From: Octopus bimaculoides
Taxonomy: Eukaryota
Direction: 5' to 3'
Assembly (NCBI RefSeq): GCF_001194135.2
Contig: NC_068983.1
Span: 131,908,170 to 131,952,817 of the forward strand
DNA length: 44,648 bases
Below the pieces are notes generated by a model, which was not told where the DNA came from, made no database searches, and worked only from the letters and a program-made list of their open reading frames with translations. Both the position numbers and the translations under genes were made by a program. Below are positions 24,684 through 38,330 of the stretch, one piece after another; position 1 is the first letter of the stretch; every line of letters begins with the position of its first letter.

Positions 24684-24903
24684 GACGGCTAGCTGACGGA
24701 AACGTTAGCAAGCCGGGCGAAATACTTCACGGTTTTCGTCTGTCTTTACGTTCTAAGTTCAAATTCCGCCGAGGCCGACTTTTCCTTTCATCCTTTCAGG
24801 GTCGGTAAGTTAAGTACCATTTGCGTATTGGGATTGATCTAATCGACTGGCCTCCTCCCCCAAAATTTTCGGCCTTGTGCTTAGAGAAGAAAGGATTACT
24901 ATT
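24684..24903 (+). mobile_element. SINE family A, near full length
   Basis: GACGGCTAGCTGACGGAAACGTTAGC head; GTTCTAAGTTCAAATTCCGCCGAGGCCGACTTTTCCTTTCATCC core; CCCCAAAATTTTCGGCCTTGTGCTTAGAGAAGAAAG tail. An orphan tail copy lies just upstream at about 24637-24670. Confidence 0.9.
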
Positions 24904-26499
24904 ATTCATAGTTATGATACGGGTGTTGTGTGTTAATTTATTGTTTTCCTTTTATCTGTTAATCCTTTCCCATTTTCTTAATTTTTAACCGTTTATTTCT
25001 TTACTTTTATTTCTTGCACACTTATTCCATTTATTATTGAGTTTATAACCATACCAATAACACATTGAGAACTTTCTCTAACCTGGACCATTTACGCTGT
25101 GTGGACTATGTATTTTCTCCCATTCTGTCATAATTGAATGTGCTGAAAGATGCTAATTGCAAGCTAACTTTTTTATCTCTTCATTTATTTCATCTCAATG
25201 TATTCCTTCTATCTAATGGGTTAACCCATACTGTCCATATTTACCAAAGCTAACTTGGATTACGATGTAACATTTCTAACTTCCAATCATTTTATGGTTG
25301 CGTTGTTTTCTGTTATCGCTTTTAACCTACTATCTTTCTGATACACTTCCCTTCAAACAACAATAAACGTCCCATCAGGAGATGTAGTAAACAACCTAGA
25401 ATTAAAGATCTAAGCTGACCAAAACACTTTCCAGATGATATATGACATGGACAGACAACAATAATATTTTGAGAGTGGCAACCTAATTACAAACACTAAG
25501 ACCACCAAAATTTATTACTGTTCCCGCGATCGTTTCTAGTTTTCATCCCTCTCTCTTCTTCCTATTACGTATCTCCCCTCCTCTATTTATTCCTCTTTCC
25601 ATTTGTTCTTCTTTTCCTGTTTACCTTTTCTTTTCCTCTTTCTCTTTCTTACATTTATATTAAAATTCTTGCCTACTTTTACTCACTTCCTATACTTATA
25701 TCATTCATTTATCGTTATTCAACTTTGTTTTCACCTAACTTGTGATTGGAAACGACGACTCTGACGAAGATAGCATTAGTTTTTTAAGGTCATTCTGCTT
25801 TTCTCAGCCGATCAATGGATAACATTAGTATACAAATCGATGAACGGGCCTATAAAGCCTATCAGAAGCCAGTTGTATGTTGAATTTGCAAGAATAAAGA
25901 ACATGTAAAGGTTTTTTAAAATTTATATTGCCTTGTATTTCAATCTGTGTAAAAAAAAAACTAGTTTAAATGCAAATGCAACCATAGATTTACAATGGCG
26001 GGGAAACTATAACCTCGGATCCTATCATAAGCATATCCAAAATTCTATAATATTCTAAAAAATATTGTTAGTCTGGAGAATTTGTATTACAGAGAGATTA
26101 TGAAGTACTCTGCTCGGATTGATAAGCCTTCATTAATAACTATATATATATTATATCGATGGTACAAAGCAATTGAGTTGATAGAAATTTCGTGCTTTAA
26201 GATTGTCTTTATATCATTTTCAAAAAGGTAGAGTTTTGTGACGCTTTAAAGTCTGGAAGATTAATCAGAAGGTGTGAGGAATATATCCTCTAATCAGAAC
26301 CCTGGTCCGAACGAATGCTTGGTAGCGAATGATCTCGTCTAACAATAACAATGAAGCCAGGTGGTGGTGTTTAACCGCTCCGTCGTTTAAGTCTGCTATC
26401 GAAGTAGGCCACAGTAGTATTTAGACCTTCAACGGAATTCTTACTTCGCCAATTCACTGTCCAGAATTGGTACCTTTCGAACCCCCCACCCACCCAAGT

Positions 26500-27000
26500 A
26501 CTAGCCACTCTGTAAATAACGCTCGAAATGTAATCGTCAATGAGATTTAATTTTGGTGTGTTTGGAGTCTACCAATATTACATGATTGGAAAGAATGTTT
26601 GACATTGATTCTTGGGTTATGGAGCCCCACTGCGTACTTCAGATATTGAATTCTTATCAATTGTCTCCAGAATCTCAATGTATTCAATAGTATTAATTCT
26701 AAGACTCTGTGGAAAATGTGAGATGTCACTTCTAAAACAATTTCCGTTTGTTGGAAACTTACTGTGCATCACCTGTGGACATCAGAAAGATCTACGCATA
26801 ATCATTTCTAATCTCTCCTCTTAGACTTTCGGTCTAAAGTGAAGATATTCTCGTCATAAGATACTAAGGCATGCCTTGTTCATGACGGTATTTCAACTTT
26901 TTCACTAACCACTTGGAATTGACTAACGGATCTGCTGTGTCTTTACCGATATGAATGCACCAATCTGTATTGAATGTTTACTTGCACCGCAATTCTGATA
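26500..27000 (-). mobile_element. Decayed Tc1/mariner transposase, maT (DD37D)-like
   Basis: Minus strand: YDENIFTLDRKSKRR (about 26859->26815; first catalytic D region), MHSKFP (26769->26752), HFPQSLRINTIEYIEILET, and TPNTPKLNLIDDYISSV (26568->26518; cf. WPPNSPDLNPLDY). Internal deletions prevent counting the D-D spacing. Confidence 0.78.
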
Positions 27001-27147
27001 GTTCATTCCGTCTCTTGAAGATCTTCGCCGTTTGCTCTCACTGATTTTCCGGAATTAAAAATCGACAATATTTTAAACCTATTCGATGCATTGTGGTATT
27101 CTTATAATGTTCGAACATTTAGAATGTCTTTTTTCTCTTTCTTGCAG

Positions 27148-27372
27148 TTGTAACATACCAGTCAGCGTCTTCCTGTTCAATTTGATGTTCACTTCAAGTA
27201 CATAAGATCATAAAACATTTAGAAAGTTGTCAATGTCTAAATCGCTGGAACACACATATGGCAGCAAGTACTGCTTGTCTCTTCATGGCTTGCATTACAA
27301 TTTTATTTGCATTATGGGATCTGAAAGAAATCAAAGTCCTTTAAATGGTTCGGAGAGAGCAATATTCTGATG
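27148..27372 (+). other. Candidate spliced exon (225 bp), gene unknown
   Basis: Strong acceptor TCTTTTTTCTCTTTCTTGCAG (27127-27147) and donor G|GTGAGT (27373-27378). All three frames contain stops, so it is not an internal coding exon. No transcript evidence is available. Confidence 0.35.
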
Positions 27373-29149
27373 GTGAGTGCCTCTAATGTTACTCGCATCC
27401 TGTATATTAAATCCTCGTCAGTAACGTAATTTATAGAATGATTAATTAATTTGTAAATATAGCAAAGTTAATACAAGTGTAACACCGAGGTGAAATTGAG
27501 ATTAAATTAGAATTCAGTATGATATGATGATAATTAACGTTGACACTTTTATTCGTAGTTTAGTATAATATACGAGTGCAAGAATGACCTTAAAAGTAAT
27601 TTGTTTGCATTTACTTTCTTGTTTCTTGTGTCGCTCTCATAATTCTTCATTCTATTCATAACACCGAAACACACACACAAACAGACGTATATGCACACAA
27701 TTAATCATGCGGTACACGTGAAATTTATACTTAAAGAAAGTGTTAAAGACTAATAAATATATGTTTCTGCTTGTATATTAAGGGGAAATGCATGGGAAAT
27801 GGCTATTCCTAAAGAATAGATAAACGAACAACAGAAAATAATTCATTCAGTTCACCAGCACACAATTATAAAATAAAGTTTTGTGGTACTAAATGGCACA
27901 CAGAAAAATAGTTCCTGACATAAAATTGAGTATTTAAGTTGGAGAAAAAGCAAATAAAACTATTAGTAATTTTTGATGACTCTCATAGAAAAAGAAGATA
28001 TAACGCAAAACATTAAGGATTAATCACTCCTAATTAATCGCCAACTTAATCTTTATTTTGCAAGCAAGCGACAGTTACGCTATGTATATACCATACTGGA
28101 CCTCATGAGCAAAGTATTGGCTATTGGAGTCTGCTTTTATCATTCGAATAACCTTATATGTATATATATATATATATATNNNNNNNNNNNNNNNNNNNNN
28201 NNNNNNNNNNNNNNNNNNNNNNNNNNNNNNNNNNNNNNNNNNNNNNNNNNNNNNNNNNNNNNNNNNNNNNNNNNNNNNNNNNNNNNNNNNNNNNNNNNNN
28301 NNNNNNNNNNNNNNNNNNNNNNNNNNNNNNNNNNNNNNNNNNNNNNNNNNNNNNNNNNNNNNNNNNNNNNNNNNNNNNNNNNNNNNNNNNNNNNNNNNNN
28401 NNNNNNNNNNNNNNNNNNNNNNNNNNNNNNNNNNNNNNNNNNNNNNNNNNNNNNNNNNNNNNNNNNNNNNNNNNNNNNNNNNNNNNNNNNNNNNNNNNNN
28501 NNNNNNNNNNNNNNNNNNNNNNNNNNNNNNNNNNNNNNNNNNNNNNNNNNNNNNNNNNNNNNNNNNNNNNNNNNNNNNNNNNNNNNNNNNNNNNNNNNNN
28601 NNNNNNNNNNNNNNNNNNNNNNNNNNNNNNNNNNNNNNNNNNNNNNNNNNNNNNNNNNNNNNNNNNNNNNNNNNNNNNNNNNNNNNNNNNNNNNNNNNNN
28701 NNNNNNNNNNNNNNNNNNNNNNNNNNNNNNNNNNNNNNNNNNNNNNNNNNNNNNNNNNNNNNNNNNNNNNNNNNNNNNNNNNNNNNNNNNNNNNNNNNNN
28801 NNNNNNNNNNNNNNNNNNNNNNNNNNNNNNNNNNNNNNNNNNNNNNNNNNNNNNNNNNNNNNNNNNNNNNNNNNNNNNNNNNNNNNNNNNNNNNNNNNNN
28901 NNNNNNNNNNNNNNNNNNNNNNNNNNNNNNNNNNNNNNNNNNNNNNNNNNNNNNNNNNNNNNNNNNNNNNNNNNNNNNNNNNNNNNNNNNNNNNNNNNNN
29001 NNNNNNNNNNNNNNNNNNNNNNNNNNNNNNNNNNNNNNNNNNNNNNNNNNNNNNNNNNNNNNNNNNNNNNNNNNNNNNNNNNNNNNNNNNNNNNNNNNNN
29101 NNNNNNNNNNNNNNNNATATATATATATAGCTAGTAGGTTTTACATTGT

Positions 29150-29350
29150 GGAGGCGCGTGGCTCAGTGGTCACTGATTTCGATTTGTTTATGCGTTGTTT
29201 ATGCGTTGAGCCAACACTTCATTGCACATTGCTCCAGTTCACTCACCTGATGAAAATGGATATGTTCTACGAAGGACTGGCGTCCCGCCCACAGCAGAAA
29301 AATAAATGCATCACGGTACTCAGAAAACCAGATCTATGAGAGTATATTGC
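29150..29350 (+). mobile_element. tRNA-derived SINE (family B) with internal deletion and an 11-bp tandem duplication
   Basis: GGAGGCGCGTGGCTCAGTGGT A-box head; TTGTTTATGCG x2 (29184-29205); CATTGCTCCAGTTCACTCA core. Confidence 0.75.
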
Positions 29351-31769
29351 CCTGGAGGGATTTTTATCCTATATTTATACATCATACTTTATATAACAAA
29401 TAGCATGATTAATTATGTCTTTGTAGGCATGCAGAATGCTAGTTAGAGAACAGCTCTAGGTAGGATGGGTTCGATTTCTCTTTCAACCATGTTATTTATA
29501 TAAGGCAAATAAGTTTGCTTCAACATTATATTAATCAGTGGGACTCTCTCCACTCAAAGCCATTTAAAAATATCAGCTAAATATCTTTATTTTTTCCTTA
29601 TCAGCAATTTTTGATTAAAAATAATTTCGTGTCAAACAAAATTTCTGCAACCTGAAAACAGATGTTTCTATGTTCTGAATATTTCTAGGATTCATAAACC
29701 TGTTATTACTCTCTTAAAAAAAAAAACTATTGATAACTGAGATTCATTCCATCTTCAATGAAAAATTTTATCTATTCAATTATGAATTTTATTTTATCGA
29801 TACACAGTAAAGAATGTTTGAAACATGTAGGAAAATCATTCCTTAGGTGAATTTTCATCATGGAGTAGAAAATATTTGAAGAATTGTTTTTTTTGCAGAT
29901 TGCTACAAACAACCGAGGAAATAATATAGAAATTCGTGCATCAATTCAAACAAAAGAGGACTGATATAAATAATTTCAAATTAATTGTCCTCAAATGATT
30001 ATTGATGAAAATTTCATTGCAATTAAAGGTAATTAGTATTTTCATGCAAAGATTTGTTTTAAAATTGTTATATCAAAGACAAATTATTTTCGAAAGAATG
30101 CAGTTCACAGTCGTAATATTTTAAAGACATTCTTCACTTTACAAAATGTAATTAAGTTTACGCTATGAACTGCTTTAAATATTTCGTAGACAATATCCGG
30201 AAATTATCACATGAACCTTCAGACACAAATACATTTAAATTTAATTAATATCTACCTGTTATTAAACTTAAAAAAAAAAAACTAGAAGTAAATATGTAAA
30301 ATATATAACCAAATTTATCAGGTAATAATCAGTGACGACAAATATTCTATAAAAGATTCATCTGATGAGACATAAGAACTAAAGATGATAACAGATTTCA
30401 AATTTCTAAATTTTTACGGAAACCTGCCGGGTTCATTTTCGTACAAAGAGTTCATTCCTCGTGCCAACAAAGATAGTAAACAGGCTGCCACTTCTGCTAA
30501 AGAGAGCAGTCTATTATACCCCAAAACACTCTGCCGTCTTAAAACAAGGAAATACATATTGGGCAATATACTCATATATATAAAAAATATAATGGTCACT
30601 GTTTCAATGTTTCCTTTTTATCATATGTTTGATCTCATCTGACACATGGGTATGGAAGAATAAAAGCCTTAATACGTTAACAGATCATTTCTTTTGCTTG
30701 TGCTAAAATGTAAAATGTAGGATCGTCGTCATGATGTTACGAATGAACACACACATAAACATACAAAAGATTACGCACATGCATATGTATGCACGAACAC
30801 TCAGTACATGCACACATACAAACGAACACACACACTCACACACACACATACACGTATCACATTCAATGAAGTCAATATTAAAAAGAAAAATTCAAAATCA
30901 ATTTACAATATCGGGTTTATTGTAAAAAGAACGACTAATGTAAATATTTTGTTGATATGGCCCTCGGTAAAATTTAGACAATTTAAAGTTTATTGCTCAG
31001 CGATATATTCTGCAAATTCCAACTTTTTCCGATTATCCTGAGTCTTCTTTCAGCTGTGCTTTATTTCAGCTGCTTCACACGACCTTCTCTTTGAAGTTTC
31101 AGTAACAGAGATATACCACTGTGCTCGGTGATCTTGACTGTCAGAAACACAGAGTGGATTCAGTTTCTTGTTAAGCGCAATTTCATTTCCTTTCACTCCG
31201 GCCATTTTCGAATGCTGTCGTTTCATATTCTTTGCTTCCGACTTAGCGATGAAAATACAAATACATAGAAATACATGACCTGCAGAATTAATTGAACATT
31301 TGCTAAGATGCATATATTTTACTCTTTATTGCATTCTGACGGTAACGTTCGAAACTGCACTGGTGCGAGGCTCCATAGGCTACATTTCCTTAGACAACAG
31401 CACTGGTATGGATAAGGGAGGTTTATATATATATACGATGTCTAGTTTTCTACAGAAGCATAAAAAAGTAAATATTGTTAAGCCTGCACTTTGAATCTAA
31501 ATTTTGTACACATGATGTCTCAAATTATCAGTATGTTCTGGCACATACCACCATCTATCTCTCCCTTCCTTTACTCTACCATCTCATTTATACTCTGGTC
31601 ACCGCTCCCTGTGAATACGTCCTGGTACTTCGGCAACATCTCTCTCCTACTCTCTCTTGCACGCTTGCTGTCGTCCATTCTCTCTCATTCTTTTGCTCTT
31701 CTCTCTGTCTGGGTAACCATGCAGCCCCTATACAGCAGCACACTTGTGTCTGTCCTCATTCTTGATCAC

Positions 31770-31843
31770 TCTCTCTCCCTTTCTCTCTCTCCATCTTTCT
31801 CTCTCTCTCTTTCTCTCTCTCTCACTCTCTCTCTCTCTCTCTG
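31770..31843. repeat. (CT)n microsatellite
   Basis: Direct reading. Confidence 0.92.
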
Positions 31844-31869
31844 ACCGGGTAACTATGTACATTCTCTAC

Positions 31870-32287
31870 ATCAAAACCCCTGACTCTGTCTCTCTGTGAC
31901 ACTGAAACCTTTCATCATCTGCCACAGGATCACCTCCAACATTGCCCTCTCCCCTCTCAAAGAATCTTTGTCTTGCAAGTTACGTGATGATCCTGTCAGT
32001 ACTGGTGCCATGTAACAAGCATCCAGTGCATGCTGTAGAGTTTTTGGCGCTTGGAAGGGCATCCAGTTGTACAATCCGAACCAAGAACTGACCTCACCTC
32101 TGCTCGTGACACATAAGAAACTCTCAGTGCACTCTGCGGGGTAGTCGGTGTTGGGATGTGCACCCTGCAGTAAAAACCATGCCAAAACAGACACAGAGGT
32201 CTAGTGCAGTCTTCTGTCTGGCCAGCTCCTCTCATTGCGTCTAACTCATCCTGCATGAAAAGCGGACGTTAAACGATAATGATGATG

Positions 32288-32290
<3 letters not shown>
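31870..32290 (+). mobile_element. RTE-type non-LTR / non-autonomous element 3' end with internal duplication
   Basis: Ends CATGAAAAGCGGACGTTAAACGATAATGATGATGAT, a (GAT)n-type tail. Two diverged copies of the CAGTGCA...TTGGAAGGGCATCCAG module. Family assignment comes from recalled RTE-type 3' ends. Confidence 0.55.
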
Positions 32291-32327
<37 letters not shown>

Positions 32328-32439
32328 CATAGAGAGAGAGAAGAAGAGAAAGGGAGGGATAGATTGATAGATAAATAGANNNNNNNNNNCATATATATAC
32401 ATAGAGAGAGAGAAGAAGAGAAAGGGAGGGATAGATTGA

Positions 32440-32559
32440 TAGATAAATAGATAGATAGATAGATAGGTAGATAGATAGATAGATAGATAGATAGATCATA
32501 CGTAAGATAAATATATGTACATAAACATATGTATAACACATATATATATATGCATATGA

Positions 32560-32599
<40 letters not shown>

Positions 32600-32600
32600 G
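32440..32600. repeat. (GATA)n, (TA)n and (TG)n microsatellites
   Basis: Direct reading. Confidence 0.9.
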
Positions 32601-34419
32601 GGTGTGAGTATGTGCACCTTCGTGTGTGTTTGACGAATACCATGGCTCATCGATGATTAATCAGTTGCCCCATTGGACGCCACGGGATGGGATCAAATTT
32701 GTTAACACAGATGTGTTCCTCGATATATGAAAATCGTAATGGATATTTTGAAGTATAACTGCATGCGCTTCCGTCTTGCCGGATTTATTTCAGAATGCAT
32801 ATGTATATATGTAAGTGGTTACGCGTATGTATCATCGGAGATGTATGTGTGCATTTCTGGATCGGGGAATGTGTTGGCCGTAGATATCCGCATGTCTGAT
32901 GGGATATATGAATGTGAGTTAAAAATCCCTCTTTTAACTATATTTATCCGACCTATTTGGAGATGATTCTCCTGCTCTTCCTCTATGGGTGCTCATTATT
33001 TTAAAGATATGCCGTAACGACATTTGAACTGAGATTAGTTCCCCAAAAAATTATACGTCCAACATAATGCAGTATTTGACGTAGATCGTTTCTAAATGTT
33101 GCTAATAAAACCAACTAGCGTATCCCACTTGGGTGGCAGGGCTAAGTTTTATCATTAAATATATCCAAAGAGATAAATGGAATACAGTGAAATTGATTCT
33201 GAATGAGAACAATATATTTTCAAAATTTTTATCAGCTAATATATTGCTGTTAGATGTCGATGCCTCTTGTTTAGTGGATGCTTTTATGTTTCTTGTGTAT
33301 ATATGTATTTACTCAATATGCATGTATGGATATAAATTTGTGCCTTGGTGAGTGTATGAGTGTGGAATCTAGTGCATATGCCCGCCTAATGGTGGATATA
33401 CCTTTTTATTAATAGCTGATTCGAATGTACTCATAAAAGGAAATTAGCACATAAAGCACAATCATGAAAGGTTTTGATACATTGGCTTTACAATAAAACA
33501 TTTTAGGTTGGCGTATATTGGTAAACTTTCATGTTTATGATTTTCTTATGGGCATTCGAAGCGTAAATGTAATGAACTTATTTCAGCAGAAAATCGAAAC
33601 TGCATCTCCACAATACTGTCATATATTTTTCTTCTTTGTAGAACTGGCCAATAATATTTCTACCTTCAATATTTTAGGAATAAATCAAATAATGCATTCC
33701 CTTTCGAAAGATCATTATCTGCTTCGGTAAAGTGGTTACTTGGGAATTTGGACAGTATTGTGGTCTCAGGTGGTCATAAGAAATATTGTACTCGCTATAG
33801 TGGAACGCATATCCATGAAAGAAAACTGATGGAAATGGATTTGTTTTCGATATTTTATATTCATATTTGCTTCTGATCATTGGTTGATCAATAGGCCGGA
33901 TTAAGCGAATGCTATGACAAATACCAAACTGATGTTCGTGGATGATTTTATTGTACAACAAATTATTTGTTCCGTTACCTTTGATTACTTCCGCTTCATG
34001 CATATTTTATTTGATTATCAAAGTCTTTAGAGTATTTCTACCTGTCATTCTCCGAGGTTTTATTGTCTTATATATCTGACAATTAGGAACTTCAAAATGT
34101 ATTAGTCAAAATTATTGCGACCTTTGAAGTTTAGCGAGCCACTTACTTCATCCGTTGATAAAATTACATATTTATTTCTTTTATCTTTCTAATAGAACTA
34201 CTGTGGATACATGTTGTTATCGGACACATATCAACACAGACAATATCTATATATACATTTATTAACTGTAGGTTAGTAGAATTAATTAAGATCTTTCTTA
34301 GATGTATCAGATGAGATATTTCCCGATTGGCATAGTTACATGTACACATTCATAATAATATTCATATGTTGAGACATTCACTCTATTTTATTGATGCCAA
34401 TAGTACACAGACACAAACA

Positions 34420-34475
34420 GACACACACACACACATGTACACATATATATGCTTATATATATATATATACATACA

Positions 34476-34523
<48 letters not shown>

Positions 34524-34525
34524 CA
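34420..34525. repeat. (CA)n-(TA)n-(TACA)n compound microsatellite
   Basis: Direct reading. Confidence 0.9.
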
Positions 34526-37500
34526 CGCTACAGTAAAAAAATAAATTACATATTGGTTGACATATAAACTGCTCAGATTGTACTTATTGTTTCTGTCAAT
34601 ATAATTTCCGATGACGAATATTCAAATCAGTGTATCTTAAATTTTATCATAACAACTATCTACTTTGGAAGGAAGGAAGGCATATATAAAGGATATAAGC
34701 GACGGAGATTATAAAAACTGGGCCCATTGAAAACAGTTTTAATGAACTAAGTTACTAACTAGCTGATAAATAAGCCATTTGATTTTGCTAATCATATTTA
34801 AATTTAATTTCAAATATAATTTATATTTAATTCAATTTTAATATCATTTTATAGTACTCGTTTCAACAAACTCTGAGTTGTAGTTCTCACTTTTCATTTG
34901 TTTGATGGGATCTAACATCACGGATATATATTTTGATGTACATCTATCTACTCTGTCCAACATCCTGTTTGAGTTTCTAGTTGAATAAATACCAATCAAC
35001 AAAGGCATATGATATGCTTATTATTTGTGTTATTATCTGTAGGAACAATCATTTAGTCATACTGATTGTGAGTCTCTGGTTGTTTGGCTTTTAGTTAAGG
35101 AAGAATATTTATACAAGGATGACACTGCTAATTTCCATTCAGTTGATATTTATTCAGTATTTTTAAAGACTAAGGAAAAAGTAACGACACAGATAAAAGA
35201 GCTTCAAATGGCAAAATGAGCATACTCAATATGTTTTAAACAGGAAAATCAAGGTTAATCAACCAATTATTGAAGTCAAAGACCATTTGGATAGGAAATA
35301 TCTTGTAATCGAAGTATGAATACAAGCAGAATTAATGCACCTGAACAAGAAACAAATTATAGATATGTCTTAAAATAAAAATAACGAGAATGCTGGGGTG
35401 CAAAACATATAACTCATTTAATATTTTGCGCATTAGAAATGATTAAAGTTTGTTAAGAAACTTCCATAGCCAAAACACTATGCTATGCGCAAAATCCTGG
35501 ATATATCACTACTAGTTGGTCTGAATATATTACGTTCAGCACGTCTGATATAATAAATCCTTCAAAATAAAAACAATACATTGTACATACCCTACGTTTA
35601 CAGAACTGAAATAGGTGTGCAGTGAAAGTGAAGAATATAATTAACACCATCGAAAACAATAAACATGTTAAATGCATATGCAAAACATGAGCAACTTTCA
35701 TTAACTATCATGCTAGCATAAGACCGGAAGAAATACAGCTTATATTTACTGAAACAGTTTATAAAGAAGATAGGGAACAGACATAAGTTCATAGAAAATC
35801 ACAAGAAGTACCTGGAGCAATATAACCAATTAACTTGATTCAGTATATTACTGCTATTCCTTGGTTCATTTGGAAAAGCTAAAAAAAATAAAGATAATAA
35901 AGGAAAATCATTCACGGGAGTCTTCAGAACAGCATGGAAAAAACTACATACCGAAATTGCATAACATCCGAAATCGGAGAAATTGGAGATGGTTTGTGTA
36001 GGCAATAACTAGAAGAAGAGTTTAGAGTACAGCTTGTTAAGTTCACTCGTAGTGATAAGTGATGAATTTAACTTTTCAGAACAAGATCCCTCGTTTGAGG
36101 GAGAGAAAGCAATTGTGAGAAGACAGTGAGATAGGGAGGGAAAGGTTGGGAAATAGAGAGAGAGCAGTGAATTACTGGTGCTGTCTCTTAGGCTCACGCA
36201 ATGAGGCATTCAATTCTAAATTCAATTCTTGTATCATCCTTTATCTCACTTTTGTGGCATCTTATCTATACTCATAGACATGAATGCTTCGATTATGCCC
36301 GCATAAGAAATGCTAAAGAAAGGAAGAAATAGTATGTTTAACACGAGTACCTCGCTCTCATCAAAAGCATAACATTATCTCGATGTTTGCGTAACAGCAG
36401 ACAACCGAAGACTAGATTCTAAAGAAAACAGTTTTAGTTTCCTGTATTAAATCAGTTATTTTGTTGTTTACAAGTTATAATAGATCATTAATCTAATCAA
36501 ATGGAATTAATGCTAAATATTATCTGCAGACACCTTCAGGAAAATGGTTAAATAATACGGAATTATAATATTGGCAATTTTATTTCTTTTATAATATATT
36601 CTAAGTATTCTGCCTTTAAATTCGGGAAACGTGAAGAACTGGTTTATATGAAAAAAAAAACAAACCTAATTCAGGAAAAAAATAATTGAGAAATAGATAA
36701 GAATTAGAATGTATTTTGGTGAAATGGCATAAATATTATATTAGACAATATATACCCTGCAGTTACAACAGTTCTCTTTAAACAAATATCAGGCGGTTAT
36801 GTAGTTAGGCAGCCTTTAGACACCATTATTTTCTTATTTCATTTACGTAGGTTTGTGTCGGAAGATATTTCGTTACGTCTATAAATAGTAGTGTTTGTGT
36901 TAATGTGAGCTCCTATTTAAGATATGCTATATGTTGTAATATACGGAACTTCTGAGTGTTAATGTCGTCAAAAACTGGCAATTTTGTATAAAATTAATAT
37001 GATTAGTCTGTTGTGTCTGAGGAGAATCATTTTCTTTTTGTACCTTATAATCTAACACACACTCACCTGTAAATTTTCCACTTATTTTTATTTTCCTAAA
37101 CATTTCGTTGCGTCTTGCAAACTTTTCAAGAGTCAACACCATTGAAAAGGTTGCAATACACGCGCATGCGTACATGTATACATACTTATCTACATACATG
37201 CAAACATATTTACACACACACACATATACATATATAGCCGAAAATATGCATATGTATGCATGAACGCATGCGCGTGTATTTATCTATGCACATTCACATG
37301 CCTACACATATGCACAGCATATATATATATATATATATATATANNNNNNNNNNNNNNNNNNNNNNNNNNNNNNNNNNNNNNNNNNNNNNNNNNNNNNNNN
37401 NNNNNNNNNNNNNNNNNNNNNNNNNNNNNNNNNNNNNNNNNNNNNNNNNNNNNNNNNNNNNNNNNNNNNNNNNNNNNNNNNNNNNNNNNNNNNNNNNNNN

Positions 37501-38050
37501 NNNNNNNNNNNNNNNNNNNNNNNNNNNNNNNNNNNNNNNNNNNNNNNNNNNNNNNNNNNNNNNNNNNNNNNNNNNNNNNNNNNNNNNNNNNNNNNNNNNN
37601 NNNNNNNNNNNNNNNNNNNNNNNNNNNNNNNNNNNNNNNNNNNNNNNNNNNNNNNNNNNNNNNNNNNNNNNNNNNNNNNNNNNNNNNNNNNNNNNNNNNN
37701 NNNNNNNNNNNNNNNNNNNNNNNNNNNNNNNNNNNNNNNNNNNNNNNNNNNNNNNNNNNNNNNNNNNNNNNNNTATATATATGCTTTTAGTGAAATGTTA
37801 GAATCCTCATCTCTTTGCGTTACAATCACGGTTCTTTTACCTTATCTCCTGTGGTTATTTATTGCCTCACACTGTATTTATTCATTTCTCACTCTCAAAT
37901 GTTATCCATTGCTGACGAACATCTCTTAATGAAACTTAGCTTGCACCTTCTCTTAATAATCCTGTGGACAAGCATTTAATTGTAATACACCTTTTTATAA
38001 TACATCTCTTATTTAATTCATATTTATTACACAATAAATTTGGATATAAT

Positions 38051-38330
38051 ATGAAGCAGCATATTACCACAGGTGCTTGGTAGACTTCATTCATCGCTTA
38101 GTTTAAAAACAACACGTGGCAATTTCCACTCCATTTTGTCTCTTCACCTTAGATGAGATATTTTAATCCATATTTAAGTTGTTACATAATATGAAGTAGT
38201 ATATTACAATAGCTGTGTAATAGACTTCATTCATAACCGCTCGGTTTAAAAATTATATATTGCAATTTAGAACGTTTATTTGCATTCTGTTACTTCACCA
38301 AGTTTGAGATCTTTGGTCTAATTTAGTGTT
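38051..38330. repeat. Diverged tandem duplication, about 140-bp period
   Basis: ATGAAG(C/T)AG(C/T)ATATTAC at 38051/38191, TAGACTTCATTCAT at 38081/38221, plus further colinear blocks (GTTTAAAAA, GCAATTT, CTTCACC, GAGAT). Confidence 0.85.

Noticed and set aside
25545-25830. Pyrimidine-rich tract followed by CTGACGAAG, reminiscent of a Penelope-type 3' end with a hammerhead
   Set aside because: No downstream GAAA or helices, and no clear GIY-YIG/RT motif; at most an unassignable relic.
30362-30400. CTGATGA motif, also CTGAGGA..GAAAC at about 2086 and minus-strand hits at 9586, 10318, 12168 and 27414
   Set aside because: None has a pairable helix II with GAAA, a helix III and a helix I; these are expected chance heptamers.
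30414-31313. Short minus-strand ORFs (30414-30599 and 31050-31313), and plus-strand 33641-33726, as candidate exons
   Set aside because: Weak or missing splice sites and no recognisable protein similarity.
32318-32451. Perfect 62-bp direct repeat either side of a 10-N gap (32318-32379 and 32390-32451)
   Set aside because: Identical sequence flanking a placeholder gap is typical of an unmerged contig overlap, not biology.
32755-32800. NRF1-like GCATGCGC plus ETS-like CTTCCG motifs, also GCATGCGCA at about 4723
   Set aside because: Short motifs without a CpG-rich context or other promoter evidence.
35480-36210. Acidic stretch (VISDEFNFSEQD) and a C/H cluster faintly like piggyBac ends
   Set aside because: No DDD core motifs, TTAA ends or TIRs seen.
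37905-37945. CUGACGA...GAAAC spaced like a hammerhead
   Set aside because: Helix II does not pair, the GUH site is absent (GCU), and there is no helix I complement.
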